From NCBI RefSeq assembly GCF_018977255.1, contig NW_024704743.1:44518001-44582000 (forward strand): 64,000 nucleotides of DNA. The letters run 5' to 3'. A program made the position numbers and the translations under genes. Positions 39,287-51,400 of the stretch are shown piece by piece. The first letter of the stretch is position 1, and every line of letters starts with the position of its first letter. Under the pieces are notes generated by a model, which made no database searches, was not told the DNA's origin, and worked only from the letters and a program-made list of their open reading frames with translations. Source of the stretch: Callorhinchus milii (Eukaryota).

Positions 39287-39353
39287 AATAAACATTTCGT
39301 GCTGTGTCTGTAAAATGACAGTACTGTTCTAATGTATATCATTAAGGAATAAA
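39287..39353 (+). terminator. Candidate distal NR1D2 polyadenylation signals
   Basis: Two AATAAA (39287, 39348) ending a ~2.9 kb AT-rich UTR-like stretch; more proximal AATAAA also exist (~36560). Confidence 0.35.
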
Positions 39354-40120
39354 CATTGCCAATACCCATTTATCTTCTGTCAACTTTTTATTACTGATAT
39401 ATAGTCTTGGCACAATTGTTACAGATAATTATTAATTTTCTCTTGCGTCTTTTTCCTCTTTTGAAGAAGGTCATTCATGTTGGAGTTGGCAATCCTTTTG
39501 GTATCTTGCCCATGTTGCCATACTTGATGTCTGTCTTTACTGTGAGTGTTGGTGGGGGGAAGAGGGAAATTACATACAAGCCTAATCATGTCCACAGATG
39601 TTTACTGTAGATATCCATGGATAAAGCCAATTGTTGCTGCTCCTTGCCTCCCCTGCCGCTCATGCTTGAATCATATTTCAAAGTGTTGTGTTTCGAAACT
39701 TGACGGGACTTTGTCTGAACTAATACCTTTAAATGGTTTGCTTCAAGGCCAATGAGTCATTTCAAAGAGGTGATTGGTATTAGATAATCCAGTTACTTTC
39801 AGCAAATTGACAGATGAGTGATAAATGACTTTAATGTTGAGAAAAATTAGGTAATAGTACTTTTGAGTAAGTGCCAAATAAGCTGTTAAATATTGGTATA
39901 GCAGGAAAAAGATCTGGGCATATGTGAGCCTTCCTTGAAAATATCACAACATATGGCGGCAATTATCTATGGCAAAGCACCTTTGTGCATAGTCCAACAT
40001 AAAATAAAGCTCTAACCACGCTGGGAATAGTTTGTTTTCTAGACACTATACTTAGGAAAAGATGATGAGGTATTGAAGAGTTCAAAGAAGGATGCTCTTT
40101 AATTTTCTCTACCCTTTAAT

Positions 40121-40320
40121 GGGGAAAAAATTCTACGTGGGTGTAGATTTACTCTACGTAACACTGTTGAATTCAATCTTACTTTTGAAGTTTGATTCCT
40201 TTAGTTCTTAAAAGAACTTATGGAAAACCGGCTTAAAACTTGGGTTATGTTTACAAACTTGCCAAACTGCATTCTCTAAAATGCTACAGAGTGAATCTAG
40301 ACCCAGGGGGAATTTCTCCT
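40121..40320. mobile_element. MITE-like palindromic element (family A; second copy 45016-45238)
   Basis: GGGTGTAGATTTACTCT (40139) / AGAGTGAATCTAGACCC (40288) inverted arms, centre GTTCTTAAAAGAAC. Confidence 0.6.
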
Positions 40321-40619
40321 CACAAATCTCATTAGAAAAAAGAGGCTAAAGTGACAAAGATCTGGGTTTAAAATTATGAAAAGAATCTATAGGATCTATT
40401 TTTGTTGACTGGGAGATGAGAACATGAATATCATCATGGAAACTGAGTTCAAACTAATCAATGACAGATTGAAGGCAACATTTCATGTTGAACTTTGTTG
40501 CACACTAGGAAACATTCAAGGAATTCCTGGTACCTACTATACATCTAGTGAGAGCTCAAACCCACACTTGTCAGACATCAAGCTTAACTGGCTCCAAGGA
40601 TACTTTGGCAATGGAATGT

Positions 40620-41022
40620 GGAGTCCTGCAGTGTTTTGGATGGAGCACTTGCCTTGCAAGCGAGAAGGCTTGGGTTAGATTCTAAGGACCTGGGTTAGAT
40701 TCACAGGGCGAAATCGTAGGTAAGTTTCTTTTCTCCACAAGCCTCTATTTACCTAGTAGTAAGTAGGAATCCAGTTGTTACTCGATTGCTGGATTGCTTT
40801 TCCGTGGGTAATACTTCCATCAAAAGTAAACAAATAAATAAAATAACAATTTGGTCACTCAATCACGACTGCTTATGGGACACTTCTGGGCACAATTGAC
40901 TGCTGCATTTTGCCCAGAAAATATATACAGTCAATTCACTTTACAGTATATTCTGTGATGCTCTTTGGGATGATTCAAAAACCTGATAAAGCAATAAAAA
41001 AATGTAAGGATTAAAAATTCAA
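40620..41022 (+). mobile_element. tRNA-derived SINE, older long subfamily, with TSD GGAATGT
   Basis: Same family; GGAATGT at 40613-40619 and 41023-41029. Confidence 0.85.
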
Positions 41023-41745
41023 GGAATGTTGGAATCGAGTCAACCCTCCAGTGATTTTTCTAGTCCAGTTCCTGAGTGAGGCAGGTCTGCAGTATTCCAA
41101 GGGCACTACTAATGACAGCCATCCTGGCTCAGCAGCAGGGTTACAAGGGCAGACCAGTCACTGGGGCAGGGACTCTTCACACTCCACTCTCATTAACTCT
41201 GTAAGCTAAAGTTATTATAGATAGGCTGGTCCTAGCTGGTCAAGCAGTGAAATGCTTGCCATGCGGTGCTATCAATGGCAAGCTATGAGGTTTTATCTGG
41301 TTAGACTCCAGCAATACCCCAACACACACTCTGGCTCTTGTCAACCTGCGCCTAATAGTTTCTGGAATTAGGTAAGGCGGATATGTCCCTCCAGGGAGAG
41401 AGTGTGCATTCCAGTCCAACAATCTCTGGGACTTCCTTGTATAGATGGGATGCATGAAATTCTGTTTGGTTTGGATACTCTTAAGCGTGGTGATGAGTTT
41501 CCACATATGTCAGACACCCGGATGTCCAAAAACAAACACTGATATACTGCAATGATGCAGACTCGGTTAAATCATTTAAAACTATAACATAGTTAAATCC
41601 ACTGGGATTTACAAATATGGATTTGAAAATAAACAAAATTTAAATAACAATGTGCCAGATGACCATAAATATTATATATTATTTTCTACAATCACAACTA
41701 GTATTGAGACTATGTAAAGAAGTGCTCATTGGGAAAATATCTTTA

Positions 41746-42040
41746 TAATAATAATCCTTGCATTTGATATTGCAAATTATCAAGTCATTGAGACATCTCG
41801 AGGCGCTTCACAGAATATACTGTAAAGTGAATAGATTATATTTTGTAGGCAAAACGCAGCAGCCAATTGCGCGCAGCGGTATCCCACAAACAATCGCGAA
41901 TTGAGTAACCAAATTATTATTATTTTTATTATTGGAGGTGATTATTGCCTCTCGAAAGAGATCTGCCAACCGACAAACAACGGGGTTCCTACTTACCTCT
42001 AGGTAAACAGAAGGGTGTGGAGTAAGCGAAACTTGCCTAA
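41746..42040 (-). mobile_element. tRNA-derived SINE, older long subfamily (head truncated)
   Basis: Reverse-complement match to family body and tail. Confidence 0.8.
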
Positions 42041-42124
42041 GACGATATATTTGTATTGCAGTGTAAAATGACAGCATAAATGATATCTTCTAGGGAGAGC
42101 TAAGTGCTTAATTATGTCTCACTG

Positions 42125-43322
42125 ATTCAAGACCTTGCTCTGACTTGAGATACCGTTGACCACTGCCTCTCCTCAACCTTTATGGTTTTGTCCTTGAATG
42201 GTTCAGATCCTACCTCTCACGTGGTCTCCACTTCATCTCCATAAACGTTTTTTCTTCTAGCCTCCGCACCGTCTCATGTGGTGTTCCTCAGTACTCTGTC
42301 CTTGGTCCCCTCCTCTTCAATATCTATATGCTCCCTCTTGGTGACATCTTCCACATGTATACGGATGACACCCAACTCTATCTCTCTGCCTCCACACTCG
42401 ACTCCAGGACCACTGCTGTCCTGACAGAAGGTCTGTCAAACATCAAGTCCTGGATGAGACCTAACTTTCTACAGTTGAACGTCAACAAGACCGAAGCCCT
42501 CTGCTTGGCTCCCATCAGAGCCTCCTCACCTCAGGCGCTGACAGCATCACCATCCAAGGATGCACACTCCACCTCACTGAGCCAATCTGGAGCCTGGTGT
42601 CCTGTTTAACCCTCAACTATCCTTTTGATCCCACATCCATGCTATGACCGGTTCTGCCTTCCCCCACCTCTGCAGCATCGCCTGGCTCCGCCACTGTCTC
42701 ACACCGGAGGCCGCTGAAACTCTCATACACGCATTCAGGACATCCAGGCTTGACTATGCAAACTTCCTGCTTGTTGGCCTCCCCAACTCCTCCCTCCATA
42801 GGCTGTGGATCATCCAGAACTTTGCAGCCTGTGTCCTCTCCCTCACCAGGCTCTGTGACCCTATCACCCCTATCCTTGCCCAACTCCATTAGCTTCCTAT
42901 CATACAGAGGATACAGTTCAAGATCCTGGTCCTCACCTCCATGATCTTGCTCCTCACTACCTCTGCGACCTCCTAACCCCCTACCAACCTACCCATTCCC
43001 TCCGCTCAGTGGGCTCCGGCCTGCTTCATGACCCCCGCCTCACCTGCCCCACCATTGGCGGGTGGGCCTTCTGCCACTCTGCCCCTACCATCTGGAACTC
43101 CATCTTGCAGTCCCTCCATCTTGCCCCACTCCCTTGCCTCCTTCAAGAGCTGTCTCAAGACCCTCCTCTTCGATTGTGCCTTCGATCTCTCTGCTTCAAC
43201 CCCCTGCCCTTCACCACGCCTGATCCCGACCCCCAGCTCGGGTCCAAAATTCTGACTGTCCAGTGCCTTGGGATGTCCTCCCGATGTGAAGGGTGCTATA
43301 CAAATGTAGTTTTGTTGTTGTG
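42125..43322 (+). mobile_element. L2-clade LINE 3' fragment including RT core
   Basis: GVPQ-S-LGPLLF-IY region, YTDDTQLY (YADD-like), [16 protein letters not shown]. Confidence 0.92.
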
Positions 43323-43884
43323 ATGGGAGATATTTATTGGAATGGAATATGCACCCTCCCATGGAGGATCCTGCTTACCAAATTCTGGATCATAGTAGGT
43401 GCCAGGTTGGCAAGACTTGAGGATCCCACATGCTTTGGGGTACTCCTGGAGTCTAACCAGTTAAAACCACATAGGTTGCCAATGAAAGCATGAAATGCAT
43501 TAGAACACTGGCACCACTTTCTGCCCACAGCTCGGACACATGTTGAGCGAGGGTTTCACCAGTTGTGGTGCAGAGCTTGAGCGGCAGCTGCTTACCTCTC
43601 TGCAAACTAATCAACATGGATACCACTCCCTGGATATATCAATGTGTGTTCACAAACTCATATTCCAAGTAACGCCTTCCAGCAGCTGTTGCCCCAAGCC
43701 TCAGAGTTTCCCCATCACCTATCTGATGGACATCTGCCTTAGCGTGGTGGAGGACCTTTACTTGAGGTCCAGGTCCAATATTGGAAACCAGCCTTACTCA
43801 GTGTACCAGCTGTGAGGGGCCCTGGGAAATAGACATTTCCACTGTGAAACCAGTGATTGATCTATTTTATTTGGGGGATTATTG

Positions 43885-44125
43885 GCCAAGAGACCGGGAG
43901 AGAATCTCTTTCCTTTTCAAATAGTGCCACAGAATCTTTAAAGGCCACCTGAACAAGCAGACGGGGATCTCTGGGGACGGGTTTAATGTGTAATTTAAAA
44001 GACAGCACCTCCAACAATGCGGACCACCCGTAGAACTGCATTGAGTATCACATAAGATTAAAGTCCCCACATGAGGCTTGAACCCGCAACCTTCTGATAC
44101 ACAAGTAGGAGCCAGGCTGACACCT
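43885..44125 (-). mobile_element. Deu-domain SINE (SacSINE1/AmnSINE-like) fragment
   Basis: AAATAGTGCCA...CCACCTGA...GCAGACGGGG...AAAGACAGCACCTCC...CTTGAACCCGCAACCTTCTGA matches my recollection of the DeuSINE core plus tRNA head. Confidence 0.65.
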
Positions 44126-45379
44126 CCTACACAAGCGATATATATGTTGAAATCAAACTACAGAGAAATAAAATAAAATATGGTGTTGGATCAGGCCCTG
44201 TTGTGGACTGGGATTAATTATTTTAGTAACTCATACATCTGTGTGCAATTGGCTGCCGCGTTTCGCCCACAAAATATCCAGTTGATTCACTTTACAGTGG
44301 ATTCTGTGAAGCGCTTTAAGACGACTCGAAGGTGTGATAAAGCGTTATATCAAATGCAAAGATTATTATTATAGCACTTCCTCCCAGCATTCTGCCAATA
44401 TAGTCAATGCAAAACCACTGTCACAGTGAAGCACAAGATTGGTTGGGATGAAGAAGATCCAATTTGTTTCTCATCCCTCCAGAATACCCATCCTGACCTT
44501 CTCCATCACAGTCCAGTGTCCTGGCCTCAACCACCTTTCCTGATCACCTAGTCCAGTCTTTGATTACCCTCTGAGTAAAGAAAAATTCCTGGTCTTTGTC
44601 CTGAAATTGACCTTTACAATTCTAAATCCATGTCCCTTTAAAATAACATGGAGCAACAATTCACCGATAAGTAGCACTGATAATGTTTGAATTGCTTATA
44701 TTTGATAGCATTGCTATTTAGAAAGGAAACAGAAATTTGACAGAAGATGGCACTATTGAGCAACTGAGTTTTACTGGGAGCTGAGAGTTTTTCTTGCACT
44801 GTCCTATAGTTACCATTTTGGAGGCTGAATTAATTTGCAAGAACATTCTGATTTTCCTTTTTTGAAAAAAATCCTTAATTTTTATGAACTGACTTCTACA
44901 AGAGAAAAAATAAAAGAAAAACGGAACTACTTTAACTTCTAAAGAATATTAAACTACTTCAGAAATGACAGGTGGGCCTCAATACTGTTTGTCTGATGCC
45001 AACCAGATTTACTATGGGAGAGGAATTCCACCTAGAGATTTACTCTCTTTTTTCACATTTCAAAGCATCCATAATTTGGCAAGTTCAGTCTTAACTTTGA
45101 AAAGAATGTACAGGACGCAAAGTCTTAAAAGAATTCAAAGAAATTGGCTTCAAAATTCATATTGAATGAAAGAATTTGGCAAATTCTGGATGCTATACAA
45201 GAAGAGTAAATCTAGACTCAAGTGGAATTTTTAACCCTAAATTCCGAATAGTGCAATAACTCTGATCACAGAAGAAATCAATCTTGTGTTGGTGACCATT
45301 GGTCAAATTGAAAGATTAACGGCTTCTCTGATAGTGCTGCCCAATGTCATATGATTTCACATTCTGAATTTATAATACA

Positions 45380-45725
45380 ATAATAATAATCCTTGGATTT
45401 GACATAGCACCTTATCACATCTTCAAGATATATCAACGCGCTTCACAGAATATACTGTAAAGTGAATTGACTGAATATTTTGTGAGCACAACTCAGCAGC
45501 CAATTGCGTCCCACAAACAGTCATGGAATGAGGGACCACATTATTATTATTTAATTTTTGTTTTAAAGGATTATTGCCCCTGGAAAATGATCCTCCAATT
45601 GACTAACAACCAGGTTCCCATTTCCGATAGGTAAACAGAGACGTGTGGAGTAAGAAAACTTACCCAACATTTTGCTCTGCCCAGGAATCGAACCCAGGTC
45701 TCTCGCTTGCGAGGCGAGTGCTTTC
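45380..45725 (-). mobile_element. tRNA-derived SINE, older long subfamily
   Basis: GGAATCGAACCC B box on -, body, tail. Confidence 0.85.
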
Positions 45726-46789
45726 CAGAAGTAACTTACATTTTAAAATAGTCAGTTTTCACAGTTCTGGATCTCTCAAGATTTTACAGATTTCTGAGTC
45801 GGATTTCACATTGTCTCCTCTTGCAGGTGATTGACTGGCTCGATGATGGAAAATTGTAGAGACAGGGCAAGTGAACCCAGCAATATTCTGCACCTCGGAG
45901 TGTCACAATGACTTTGAGATGTTGAGCATGCAGGAACTGGCACAAGAATGTGTTTGTGATCTAATACCAGATGTGGAATCGCAAAAGAAGCTGGGAGCAG
46001 AATCACCTTATTTTCAGGCACATCTGCTTCCTCCAATTGTCTGACTAAAGTAGCTGAGCTAATCCCAAACAATTATAATAATGGTTAACATACAACCTAA
46101 AGAATTCCAAAGGAGATTATTTTGCAATGACATCAAGAAGAATGTTATTTTTGTAGGAGGTCTATGTACAATACATTACAAACTTATATTTACTTAATAA
46201 CTTTCACGGCAAGAGAATGTGCCAAGGCTTGACACCTGAGCTGGTGGTGGGAGCCAAGGAGGGTGGGGAGGGGAAAGGTGACTGAAAGCAAGGTGTAAAG
46301 GTGGTGGCGCCTCATTCCTGCTGGAGTTTGAGACCAAAATCTATTAGTATCATATGCAGCGTTAGGTTCAATTCTCAATCTGTGCTCAGTTCACAGAAAG
46401 CAGGAAGGAACACTATATTTGGTCTCAGGATCTATGGGATAGGAATGGACAACTTCTTTTTACAGCCTAGGATTTTAGACAAGGGTTCAGAGAGACCCGT
46501 CAGGAGCTTCCCAGTGAGAGAGAGTGGGGGGAACTCGTCTGGTGAGAGGGGGTGAGGTTCTGACTCCAGGAGTACTCCAGCACACCTCCTTGTAGTAGAC
46601 CCACAGTGGCATTGACACTTTGATCTACTGCAATGGTATGAGTTGGTAAAACAGAATTATAGGGTCCCATTATAGTGCATTCAGTAAAGAACTATTTTGT
46701 TTCATTTATTGTTCATGTATCATCATCCACCTTATAAGTTATGAATCATCATCACCTTTGGATTATAATTTGAGATCATATTTGGCCAT

Positions 46790-47592
46790 TACGCCTCGGC
46801 GTTTTGTTCGACCCTGAGCTGTCCTTTCTCCCTCACATCCGCACCACAACTGGCACCGCCTTCCATCACCTCCGGAATATCGCCAGATTACGGCACTACC
46901 TCACCCCTCACGCTGCTGAAACCCTGGTCCACGCCTTTGTCACCTCAAGGCTGGACTATGGGAACTCTCTCCTCGCGCCTTCCCGCCACCTCCCTCCACA
47001 AGCTGCAGGTCATTCAGAACTCTGCAGCTCGTGTACTGTCCCGCACCAGGCTTCGGGACCACATCACTCCCACCCTCGCTCGCCTCCACTGGCTCCCCAT
47101 CCCCCAGAGGATTGATTTCAAGATCCTCATCCTCACCTACAAGGCCATTCACGGCCTTGCTCCCTCCTACCTCTCCAACCTACTATCCCCCTACCTACCT
47201 GCCCGTACCCTCCGTTCCTCTGGCTCCGGTCTGCTCCACGTCCCCGCCCCAACCGCCCTACTATCGGTGGTCGGGCCTTCAGCCTCTCAGCCCCGAGGCT
47301 CTGGAACTCCATCCCCCAGTGCCTTCGCCGCCTCCTCCCTTTCCTCCTTCAAGGCCGGTCTCAAAACCTTTCTCTTTGACCGTGCCTTCAGCTCCCCTCT
47401 CGACTCTCTTCCTCCTCCTCGCTCCCTCCCTCCCCTCACCCTGACCATTTCCCCTCCTCTCTCCCTCCCTTCCCTCCCCTCACCCTGACCATTTCCCCCT
47501 GCTCGGGTCATGACCCAACTGTGCAGCGCCTTGGGACGTCCTCCTGACGTGAAAGGCGCTCTATAAATGGAATCTTGTTGTTGTTGTTGTTG
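46790..47592 (+). mobile_element. L2-clade LINE 3' fragment (young)
   Basis: Near-identical to 17983-18712; (TTG)n tail. Confidence 0.93.
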
Positions 47593-47597
47593 TACAT

Positions 47598-48022
47598 CAG
47601 TTCTAGCCTGGCTCCACTGGCTCCCTATTGCTGAACGGATCGATTTCAAGATCCTCACACCTGTTTTCAGATCCCTTCATGCCCTGGCACCTCCATCTCT
47701 CCGACCTGCTAATCCCCCAACCCACCACCCCTTCCTCTGCTTGACCGGCTCCGACCTTCTGCATGTCCTTTATGCCCTCTGTTCTATCATTGGTGGTCGC
47801 ACTTTCAGCCACTTCTCCCCGAAACTCTGGAACACTCTTCCTCTATCCTTCCACTTTGCCCCTTCTTTCCCTATCTTCATGTCGCACCTGAAGATCTTCT
47901 GCTTCGACCGTGCTTACGGTTACATTCCCCTCCCCCATCTCGGCGTTGCTCTCTGCCACTGTTAAGCGCTCTGGTACACTACCCTACATGAGGGGAGCAA
48001 TGTAAATGCAAGTTGTTGCTGT
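47598..48022 (+). mobile_element. L2-clade LINE 3' fragment (older), adjacent to the young copy
   Basis: LHWLPIAERIDFKIL...GGRTFSHFSPKLWN. Confidence 0.82.
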
Positions 48023-48426
48023 TATAATAAGGAAATATTTATTTTGAAAGAGTTTCAATTTCTTTTCTTTGCCTTCTCCCTTTTTTTAATTCCTCTGGTG
48101 TCATTCTTTGATCAAACATATGACTTTGCTTTCTGAACCTCTTCTGGTGCTCAGTCACAAGGAGGTGTGTAAGGATGCCTGGGTAGGTCAGTCACTAGGG
48201 ATATGTTTAAGTACTGGTTGGTCTGTAGGGCAGAGAGTATTGTCTATCTCTTGTTCAGACTCTTCACTGATGATATGACCAACAGCAAGAATCAGTTAAG
48301 TGGGAAACTGAGTGTAAACTAAGGTCCAAGCACTCCCCCACGTGAAACTGAAGTTGTTCCTTTCAACCAAACAAACACATCTTGTTTGACTCAAAGTGTG
48401 CACTGTGTATTTTGAGTCCACAAATA

Positions 48427-48471
48427 TTTATTTTCCAGAGTGTGTACTTTCTTTGTCAGATTTGTTTTATT
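48427..48471 (-). terminator. Candidate THRB distal polyadenylation signals
   Basis: Two TTTATT (AATAAA on -) at the edge of a repeat-poor AT-rich stretch extending toward the THRB stop; inference only. Confidence 0.25.
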
Positions 48472-51400
48472 ACATAAAATATCTATAACTAAAATACAGC
48501 ATCAACAATTACATAAAATATTGTTCTTCAACATTTCTATAACATAGTTCATATTCATTACACAATGCGTACAATGTGATTGTCAACAGCTCTTAGAGAC
48601 CACAGAAACTATCAAACATTGTTTTAGAGCAAGTAACTGTACTGGACGCTCTGTTTTCACAGTGTGCAATATAAATCTGTAATAATTAACAAAGAGCTTA
48701 TCAGTTTTTTTAGCATAGCAATTCTGGTTATTTACACCATAGTTATTTTTGGGTTCTGCATAATATTGTTTATCTTATAATCTACTAGGAAAAAATACAT
48801 TTAGTTTGCATTTACATAAAGAATGTTTACCAGCCATAAGCATTGGTGTGCAGTAACACAAGTATTTAAAAGCAGTACAAAAAAGTTGCAACATATATAC
48901 AAAGGACTTGTTAAAAACACAAGCGGAAAATCCAGGGGTTTATAGAGGAAAAAGGAAACGCCCTTATAGGGATTCTAACATTTTTTTCTGAATATCAGCA
49001 AATATTAGTAGCTCGTTTCACTGATCTCCTCTTTTGATAAGAAATGACTGAACAATTACGGAGAAACCAAATGAGTGAATTCAAATGGAGGGCAACAATG
49101 TAACAAGTTTTCTCCCAGGTGAAATAAAAAATTTCTCACCTATTACATCAATACGTGCAAAAGTTGTGCAAAACACATCTAAATCTTCAGCAAGGGAACA
49201 AAATAGTTCAAGAGAGCTCACTTTATCGGGCTATGATAATATATATTTGCTTGCACACGCACAGCGTGGCAATCGGTGAAGGTCAATAGTAGCAGTGTTG
49301 GGTTTAAGTGAGCATCTAGTCAGGACACCACCAGTTCAAAGCTCACATGCACTTAATACATGAATATCTCAGTGAGTGAACAACGTTATGTAGCAAATTA
49401 TAGATAAGGGGGAGAAAGTTCAACTCTTAATGTATCAATGGATTTGGTAAAGTGTTGCACCATATAATTATTAAATAAAAGAGTTTGATAATACCTTTTT
49501 TAATTATGGCTCAAATTATTTGCACCTGAATTATTTCAAATTTAAAAATGAAACAAACCTTGTACATTCAGACAGGCAACGTCAAGTAGTTTTTCCAGAC
49601 GGGATTGTGTTCAGTTCCAGTCCCTTTATGCTGTATTAAGATTTTAATTGGAAATTGAACCTAGCACAATGCCAATGGGCTGACAAGACAGTATTGAATA
49701 ATAAGAAAGGAAGCTGCTTCAAGACAGATAGCTTCAACACACCAAAAAAAGCAATGTAGGTAAATCTGGATACCTGCTGTTTGCTACATATCTTTATCTA
49801 TACAACCAATATTAGTCTTACATATGATTTCAGATTTATTCACGATTGGGCATTCATACTCATATTAAATATGCTATATATGTCTACATATTTATTACAA
49901 AATTGCATATTGTTTTTTAATTGTGCTTAGAAATTGAGATCATGGTAACCTTGCATGATGGAATCGTCAATGTTAAAACTATCACCTTTTTAATTCAAAA
50001 GTCAGCTTGTATTTTAAAAGAAAACGTTGCCCTCTACTTTCTCCTTAGATCCTTCATCAGCTACACTGCTCCAAGGCGGATAGGTTGGAGGCACAACTGT
50101 GAATTTTCCATTGTGTCGCCTGCCCAAGTAATGGAAACCAGACTCCTTCAGGTCCTGCTGGCAATGGGTAGACTGCAAAGAAATGAGGCAAGGAAGTACA
50201 CATCATGCTTTTTATCTTGACCCTATCTCAACAAAGAGGAAATCCATAGCGAAACCTAGTGGTGAAAAGTGTGATGTTTCAAAACAGGTTTGATAATTAT
50301 CAATGCGTTACTCAACTTGTTGTTAAGCATCACATTTTTCATCGATTTCTAAAGTTTGTAAACTGTGTGGGCTCTCCCCTTCACCCTCCCCACCCTATCT
50401 TCAGCAAAACTGTTGGGTTTTCAACATATCCTGCTGTCATTTTCCATTGCCACTCAGCAGGCCTGATTCATTATCCCCAACCCCGGAGTCAGTGTGTGAG
50501 TGCTGCTTATGGGATAATGATTGCCATCCTATTTTTAGCTATACTGAAACACTACATTCAGGGTCAGCAATGAGTGCAATTCAATCAATATGCACAACTC
50601 TTGTGCCAAATCAGTGGGAGGAGAATGAATGGCAACACACAATGTTTCATAACAGATTTAATAGCTCATTTGATAATTATCAAACCTGTTATGAAATCTT
50701 AAATGTTTCACCTCCTGTTTCCCCTTTAAAATACACAGTCAAGCCACTTTACAGTATATCCTGTGAAGTGCTTTGAGTCTTCTCGATGACGTGATAAGCT
50801 TCTACATTAATGCAAAGATTGTTATTATTATTTATTATTGTAAGTAACAGGTCAATCAGCATCTGAAAGAAAAAGAGGGCAGATAGTCTTAGCGGGAAAT
50901 CAGCACAGACATAATGGGCGAATTAGAGTTAGCACAGACATGATGGTCTGAGTAACCTTCCATATAATAATACTCCCTACATTTGATAATGACATCTTTC
51001 ATAATGGAAGGTTGTCTCAAAGAGCTTCACAGGATTTACTGGAACATATAACGACTGTATTTTGTCACAAAGGAATGTCCCATTAACAGTGCTGTAAATA
51101 CTACGAAAGGGTAAATCGCTGGACAAAGTGCTCCATTGGAACAAAGTACATTTTGGATGTTCTGTTGAAGAGTCACATCCAAAATGTTAATGTGCATCTC
51201 TCTGATCAACCTGCGATGAACTTCCAGAATGCGGGAGTTTCCTTTTTACCTCGACATTGCGACCTGGGGTCTGGAAGTCCATCTAGTCTTAGTCTGCGAG
51301 ACCATTTAGTCTTAAAATTTAAGGTTGCATCAAATTATCGAAAATTCTTAAATTTAGTCTGTTTTTTTTCCACAGCTCTTAAGAAGCTCCAGGTTCCAAA

